Part shown: one piece after another, positions 50,700 to 64,000 of the stretch
Position numbering within the stretch: the first letter of the stretch is position 1
Layout: each line of letters begins with the position of its first letter
Assembly (NCBI RefSeq): GCF_009914755.1
Contig: NC_060929.1
Reading direction: 5' to 3' (one strand)
Length of the DNA: 64,000 nt
DNA from: the human T2T-CHM13v2.0 reference genome, Homo sapiens
Notes under the pieces: generated by a model
Told to the model about the DNA's origin: nothing
Seen by the model: the letters and a program-made list of their open reading frames with translations, nothing else
Database searches by the model: none
Program-made: the position numbers and the translations under genes

Positions 50700-51920
50700 A
50701 AAAAGGGGCGCAGTTGAGCCCAGAATAAAACACACTCCTTTTTCTTCTACATCAACTTCACTGCCCAGCATGAAGGAAGTGGGCGGGGAAGAGGCGCAGC
50801 GCCAGCGGGCAGGAGAGGTCAGCAAAGAAACGTGGGGTGTCGCGCCATCTACTCTGGAGGGGCTGGAGGTGAGGGGCACGCCCGCTCAACTGCACTGCAG
50901 CCGCTGCAAATCCAAGGCTGCCACACCCCCCGGCAGCCAGGGACACGGCTTCATCTTCCTCTTTCTCCAGCGGAAAGGGGGCCCTCTCCACGGAACGCCC
51001 CACCTGCTAGAGTCCTCCACATCCCGAAACGCAACGCCCGAGAGCAGGCGCGGGTGGCAGGCGGCGCTGGGGGGCAACAGGAGGGGAAGGGCCGCGGCGA
51101 CCTGCAACCCGCGCATGCGCAGATCCGGGTACCCGCCCGTTTACCTACCGTTGGAACCGCGATGCCCCGTTCCCTGGCCGCGGCCGCTTCTCCAGGACCC
51201 GCGGCGACGGCAAGAGGGCGAGAACTGAGGCCCCAAGTGGCTCCGCGGCCGAGAAGCCTCTTCCTGGGGCGGCCGCTGACGGGAGGTTAAAGCTACGGCT
51301 GTGGCGCGGGGCCAGCCCGGTAAGCGACCCCCCGGATACCCCCGGCGGTGGTGGCGACGCAGACGCGGAACAGGGGGAGAGAGTGGCGACAGAGGCGGCG
51401 GCTGAGGTGCAGAGCCTCCCTAACGGCGAGCGGGAGGAGAGCGGCTGGCGGGCGGAGGCCGGGCCGGACGTGACGTGCGTGGGAGGGGGCGGGGCAGGCC
51501 GCTGGTGGGGGCGGGGCGGCGAGGGTCCCCACCCCCACAGCATTCCGGGCAGCGGCCCTGTGTCCTGCAAGCTTGAGGACCGCGGTTCCTCTCCCACCAA
51601 TTGGGGTCCTGAATTAGGGTGCGAGCAGCCAGGCGCCATCCCGGGGCGGGTTGTGGGGTCCTCGGTATGGGGAGGTTGGGAAACAGAGAGGACACTGGGG
51701 AGAGGAAAGATAAAGGGAAAATCCGGAACACAGAGATCGCTTCTGGTCTCTGCGGAGGAAGCCAGGCCCCCAGGGCGCCCATATCCAGGTGAGGAGCACA
51801 GAGACCTGAACCGAAAACCGCTGGGGGAGACCTAAGCGGTGACTCCGGTTCCCATTCCCAGAGATGTGAGTTAGATCCGGGACCACGGGGCTGCACCTGC
51901 GTCCTGCCCGCCCCCACCCT
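50700..51920. promoter_or_regulatory. FAM13B: CpG island / FAM13B promoter (probably bidirectional)
   Basis: Abrupt rise in GC and CpG content. GC boxes at ~51485-51520, GACGTGACGT (CRE-like) at 51467-51476, GCGCATGCGC (NRF1) at 51111-51120, TCACGTGAC (E-box) at 50688-50696, CCAATTGG at 51597-51604. Confidence 0.92.
51149..51445 (-). other. FAM13B: FAM13B non-coding exon 1 (5' end approximate; donor at 51149 or 51145)
   Basis: Lies in the CpG island just downstream (minus sense) of the GC boxes. Tandem donors ACG|GTAGGT and TAG|GTAAAC. The TSS cannot be fixed from sequence alone. Confidence 0.6.
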
Positions 51921-53335
51921 ACCCCTTCACCTCAGGACCTGACCTAGACTCCAGAGAGAACAGTAAGGCTTCGGTGCCTTAGTCTGGGACTGTGGAAGTC
52001 GATAGGCTGCGGGCTTACAGGGAGCTTCGTATACTAAAATCAGCCAGCTGCGGAGGCAGAGCTGAAAGGAGGCAGAAAGAATGAGCTCTCTGAACTTGCA
52101 TGGCTACCCAGACCATCCCTACAACTCCCTTGAACTCACAAGGGTATGAATATTCAGCCAATCTCTTCTTTGTTATAGTCTGTTAAGGGCTTTGAGATCT
52201 TCCATTTGGACTCCTTGACAGCCGGTAGATCAACACCTGCACAAAAAATAGCAGCCACCACAATTCAGTTGTCCCTTACCTACCTGAGCTGGAAGTTAGT
52301 AACTTGGAAAATGTAAAACAAGAACCCTCATAGAACTTGGGACAAGATTTGAAAAAAATAAAGTTACCCTATGAAATGATCTGTAAATGGGCTACAGAGG
52401 CCACAGTGTCTCCCACATTTCATCAGAGAGAGTAAACCATGTGTAACCTAAGTGTCACATACCCAGTTAATGCTGTCATAACCGAAGGGTGGGGTCCACA
52501 AAGAGTCTAAAACCAGAAGAATCTGAATAAGAATGTTCTATGAGGCTCCCAGGAACTCTGTCCAGGAACGAGGCAACTGATTCTAATGACCAGAACCAAC
52601 ACTTACTCTCAGGGCAGTTAAATCTTAATTCAGATTCACTCACTCATTCAACAGATACTTAGTGAATGCTTACTATGTTCTAGTCTCTTAAGATACGTCA
52701 GTAAATCCCTGCCTTCGTGGAGTTTATAACCTAGCAAACCTAAATTCTGGATCTCCGTTAAGAGCATACAAAGGCCCATACTCTGATTCCAAACTCAGCT
52801 AGTAGCCTTTCCATCATTCAGGGAGTCTCTCAAATAAATCTACATACCCAATAAGAAGGGATTGTCCAAGGCATATAACTAGGACTAGTTATACTAGCTG
52901 TACAGTTTTTGTCAATAAATTCATATCATGGTTTACAAATCGGACACTGTTCACTGGGTTGAATTGTTTTATCCGAATTAATTTCTCAGAGCCTATTTAA
53001 ACTTGAGCGAAGTGAAATAAAAGTTTCCAAATCTGCCAAACAGGATCAACAGAGCCTGATTTCAGAGCAGCCCAGTGAAGATGCAGTCTGTGCATTTAGC
53101 CTTGTATCTCTCTTTAAATATCTTAAATGAAAGCTTTACCTGTGATTCCATGCTTGGAGAACAGGAGCAATATGATTGCTTCAAAAGCTTTATCATAAGT
53201 GCGTAAAAGTCTTGAGAGTAAATCCGAAGAGAGTTAAAAACCTCCTCCGCCTGCCCCACATATGCAACACAGGCTCTTGTTGACATAACTGACTGTAATA
53301 AATACTTTGCTCTGAATATGAAACCTAAGATGTAA

Positions 53336-53715
<380 letters not shown>

Positions 53716-54541
53716 TGAATTGATCAATGACCATTTTCCCCCTCAAAAACTGCAGAACATATTCTTGGAAGATATATTCTCTAGATCCTACTTGATAATA
53801 TAAAAACAGTATGTTCAACATAGGGGCCACATGGGCTATAATTCAAAACAAACACTTTTATTTTGTATCTTTTGCCATGCCTTTCAATTTGTGCAGTGGG
53901 AGTAGATCTGTCATGTACCTAATTGAAAACTCAGGCAGGTTCCATGAGTTTTTAGGGGTTCTGTGGTCTCCTTAGGAATAGAGTCCTGTTGTCATTGAGT
54001 CACAAAGAGTGAAATGTTTTCCTCTTTTTCAGCTGGGAACAGTTGTCTCATTGCTTGCCCTAAAGAGGGGACCATAGTCATCTTTAACCTGCCTAGTCTT
54101 TCTCCTCCCGGCTTAACTAATCATAACCAAATCTGGGGAAGGCAGGGAGAAAAAGGAGCAGGAAAGTTGTTAACTTTGTATGATGGTTTGACATTCCCTG
54201 GGCATGGTAGATGCTTAAAGCTGACTTATTTTTTCATGGATACCTCAGAGACTACCACCATCCCCCTTCTCTGGTGGTTTCTCCCCCATAATTCTATTGG
54301 TCTAAGCGTAAAGCTATTTTGGCAGTTATTTACTTCTTTCCACGCACCTCCAACTACTTGTCTGTTGAAACCTGGGCATCTCTGTAAAGGCCCTGTCAGA
54401 TAGGATCTGAGATGACTCTCACACTCGTCCATTTGCAAGTGACCCTTTATTGTGGGACAAGGTTGTGCACTCCGTACCCTAGGGGGTGCCATTCACATCA
54501 TTCTCACTGTAGTTCTGTATGTTATTTATTTTAATGTTTTT

Positions 54542-54556
54542 CCAGCAGGTGGCAGT
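54542..54556 (+). promoter_or_regulatory. CTCF core motif
   Basis: CCAGCAGGTGGCAGT matches the CTCF consensus CCASYAGRKGGCRS and sits in unique sequence. Confidence 0.65.
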
Positions 54557-55146
54557 AAAGTGTTTTGTCCAAACTAAATTACAACGACTGCTTCCCAATA
54601 GATGGAAGCAAAGCGTCTGGACGAAGGAGAGCTTTTTTCTCATGGTGCTGCTGTGTTAGCCTAGTGACAGCTCTGTATGGCCCACACCTGGTCCACAGGA
54701 AGCTCTCAGGCACCTCTTGCCCGAACAAACTTGGGAGTACAGGCTAATCCCAGTGCAGATTCAACATTCCTCTACTCTGCTGCCAAAACAGCCGCCAGCC
54801 TGTGGGAGTCAGACACAGGCCCACGGTGCCCCTCAGACTGCAGGAGGTACAAGTCAAGTGCTCTGAGCAGTTCCATTGAAGGCCCACTCCCTCGACTTGA
54901 AGTAAAAGGCAGGCAGGCACCTGTGGTAAGAATCACAGCTCACCAGCAACAGTCTCCAAAGACATTGTCCTCAATAATTCTGGTTTGGCCTTTTATAACT
55001 AAATAACTGAGTATTTAATCTACCTGCTTTGTCTAAATCCTCTGAAATTTCTAGAGGGGGTCTATCTCAGAAATTACTTTAGTTTTTTGGTGGATGGAGG
55101 GAAGAAGATGGTTTCTTTTATAATAATCTTGTTGCTTCAGTTAAAA

Positions 55147-55360
55147 CAGTGGTTCTCAACTGCGACAATTTTGGGGGACCATGTGTGCAGACATTTTTGG
55201 TTTTTTTTTAAACTTTTTTTTTCCTTCTGAATTCAGGATCTGCTGAATACAGACATTTTTGATTGTCACCACTGGAGAGGTGCTATTGGCTGGTGGGAGA
55301 AGGTCAAGGATGCTGGTAAACATCCTTTACGGCACAGGACAGCCCCTACAGCAAAGAACA
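55147..55360 (+). mobile_element. MER20 fragment
   Basis: cagtggttctcaac...gacatttttgattgtcac...aggatgctggtaaacatcct...cacaggacagcccc. Confidence 0.75.
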
Positions 55361-57809
55361 GCAATTCTGTTTGTTACAGAGATGAGAGAATACCTCACTA
55401 AAAGAATACTTCAAAATTACATCACTTTTTCTTCTTTTTTCCTACAAATTCTTTACCTGTAGATGGAAACGTCACATTTCAATATATCAATAGAGTCAAA
55501 AATAGCATTTGCAATAGCTATTTGGCCAGGATGAGAAGTGACTGGTATAGACCAATCCTTTGTGTTTCCAAGACTCCTTCTGGAGATGAGGCCATGCCAG
55601 GAAAATTACTACTTGAGATAAAATTGTTATTTATTTGCAAGATGACTTTTAAGCCTGGAAAACAAGCATTCTATCCCAGCTTATCTGAACAGAGGCATTA
55701 TGCCTCTCAGAAGTAAGGTCATGAGTCACATCACTGTGGAAGGAATATATCTTTGCTACAACCTGGACTGCATTCTAGATGCCAGGGAGGACCTCAGCAT
55801 ATCTGCCTCCCCAAGGTCACCAGTGTCACTGGAATGAGACTTGAAGTCAGGAAGTAGCTGTCTCTGCAGTTACTTTACAGATGGCTAATAATGCCCTCAT
55901 TATTCACAGAGAATGCAAATGGGTTCTTCCATCCTTTACATGAGTTTGACTGAATTCATCTCTTCCAGATGTAGCAGGATGTTGAGCCCTTCCCTTGCAC
56001 CATCAGTAAGGAAACTTTTAATCAGGTGTTTTCCTTACCGTTACTGATCTCCCTGAGCAAGGCTGTTTGAGTACTGGGATATAGATTAACTTGAGTTCAG
56101 TCAAGGCTGCCTTGTCTTTCTTAATACGATGTTAATAAGAAACGAGCCACCCTAGCCAGAAAAGCCAAAAAGATATATTCTATCCCCACCAATTCTATCA
56201 CTTAAAAGTAAAATAGATAAAACAAACATTCCAAGTTCCAGTTCTAGCCCTGTTACTAGCCTTTTGACTCTGGTCAAGTTACTTAACTTAGTTGTACCTT
56301 AGATTCCCCATTAGTCAAATAGGGAAACAGACTTAAATGAATTGGTATGCATAAAAGTGCTTTATTAGCCATATACAATTTTTTCAGTTCCCTCTCCTAT
56401 ACTGCATTCAGAGGCCTAGAGAACAACCTGAAAATGTCTTGCTTTCATATCTGGATTTATTGCCAGGAATGAGGCCCAGTGTGAACACCTTTCTTGACAG
56501 AAATTGCCAAATCTTTGTCTATCTATTTGTAAATGAAAACCAAGAACCACTAAGAATTCCCCCAAACTCTCGGTGCTGGTTTTAAGATCTTCTGAGCCTT
56601 GTAAGTTACAGTAAATACAAGCACATCTCTTCCCCAATTAGAAGCATATTTACACTGCCCATTTGTAGAACAAGACATGACTGTAAATACAGATAGGAAG
56701 CCATCATTACATGCAGTCTTGTGTGCAGGGAAAAACAAGTGCATATGGAGATGAGATTGTGACTACTCTTGATTCTCACAGAGCAGTAAAATGCTATCAA
56801 ATTCAGTCAAACTCAGCTAATGAATTTTCTCCTTGAGGTAGTCTCCTCTACTGGGAAGAAAGGAAGAACTAAAAACACATCAAATTTAAATCCTCTGGTA
56901 AAAGAGAAGCAACTCACCATTAGAGAGATGTATTGCTGGCTCTTCCAAGAAATGGAGTGGAAATCTTTCTGTGCCACTTTGCCCAGGACCATTGTGCCAG
57001 TGTGCAAGAATGTGTGTTTTTCATAAACAGAAAAATATCACTAGCTGCAAAGAGAAGAAACTGTTCCAGGGTGTACAAATCCCACGCCAACCTCCAAAAT
57101 AATGGCAAATACTGTTCTGATCTTAGCAACCCAGAATAACCTTTGTGCCATTTATTTATTCAACACATATTTCTTGGGCAGCTATTATGGGTCAGGCACT
57201 GTGCTAGGCGATATGATCATGATCTCTGCCCTGGAAAAGCTTCATCTTACATATCTCTGGAATAAAATATTTTGGTGGAATAGAACCAAAGTTAACATAA
57301 TGTGGATTTCAGCTTCTATATTCACTCATATAGCCACTGGTGCCAGTCACATCCAGTTTGGAGAGCTGGAACAATTAACAGTAAGTCTCATCTTTGCCAA
57401 GTCCACATATTTGGCCTGATAACTCAGAATTCAGTGTATGACAATAATGTAGGCCAATACTATCATCAGCTATAAGACTAATTTGTTTTGGTTTCTTTAT
57501 TAAATTCCTATAATCAGCTAGATATTTTTTCCACAATCAGAACTTTTATTGTTGAAAATAAATAAATAACAAAGAATAAATATCCCTTTCTCTTCTTCCC
57601 TCTGCCTGTATCCATATAGGGGAAAGAAAAAACTGCTCTGAGATTCAGTGAGATTATGACCTTCACAAAATCATGAACTTTCTGCTGCCTTTTTAACCAG
57701 AAATCTAGGCAGGAGGGTCTCACCATTTTGCATATCCTACCTGTTCCTTACAGGCTCTAGGCTTTTGAGCCTTCCTATCATTTGACCAGCCAAGTTGCTT
57801 CTCAGCACC

Positions 57810-64000
<6,191 letters not shown>

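Noticed and set aside
50641-51917. Overlapping 150-195 aa ORFs on both strands
   Set aside because: Stop-codon depletion in the GC-rich CpG island. The products are G/P/R/A-rich with no domain.
52024-52040. gcttcgtatactaaaat, reminiscent of the U6 snRNA 5' end
   Set aside because: Only two short motifs match, the intervening and downstream U6 sequence is absent, and there is no tail or TSD.
56400-57140. Cluster of 64-73 aa ORFs in unique sequence
   Set aside because: Every frame is interrupted by stops and no homology is recognisable. Kept only as part of the speculative upstream-block finding.

Overview
Primate (almost certainly human) genomic DNA, dense in Alu, L1, L2, MER and LTR repeats. 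It holds the 5' half of FAM13B on the minus strand. The CpG-island promoter and non-coding exon 1 lie at ~50.7-51.9 kb, non-coding exon 2 at 39416-39582, and eight coding exons between 37498 and 3623. These splice GT-AG in consistent phase to encode residues 1-393, an N-terminal RhoGAP-like domain followed by an acidic region. The gene continues beyond the left edge. No prokaryote-type system, RNA gene or CRISPR array was seen, and nearly all other entries in the ORF track are Alu or CpG-island artefacts. The most notable observations are: (1) exons 8-10, bracketed by inverted Alus, form a 331-nt circle with a junction-specific 147-codon ORF that crosses the back-splice twice; (2) an exon 2-4 circle would stop exactly after native residue 124; (3) exon 2 is almost fully tiled by back-to-back uORFs; (4) the GAP arginine finger is Gln; (5) a repeat-poor upstream block carries a CTCF motif and plus-strand exon-like units; (6) there are two short local templated duplications. 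Repeat family names come from recall of consensus sequences, and repeat boundaries are approximate.
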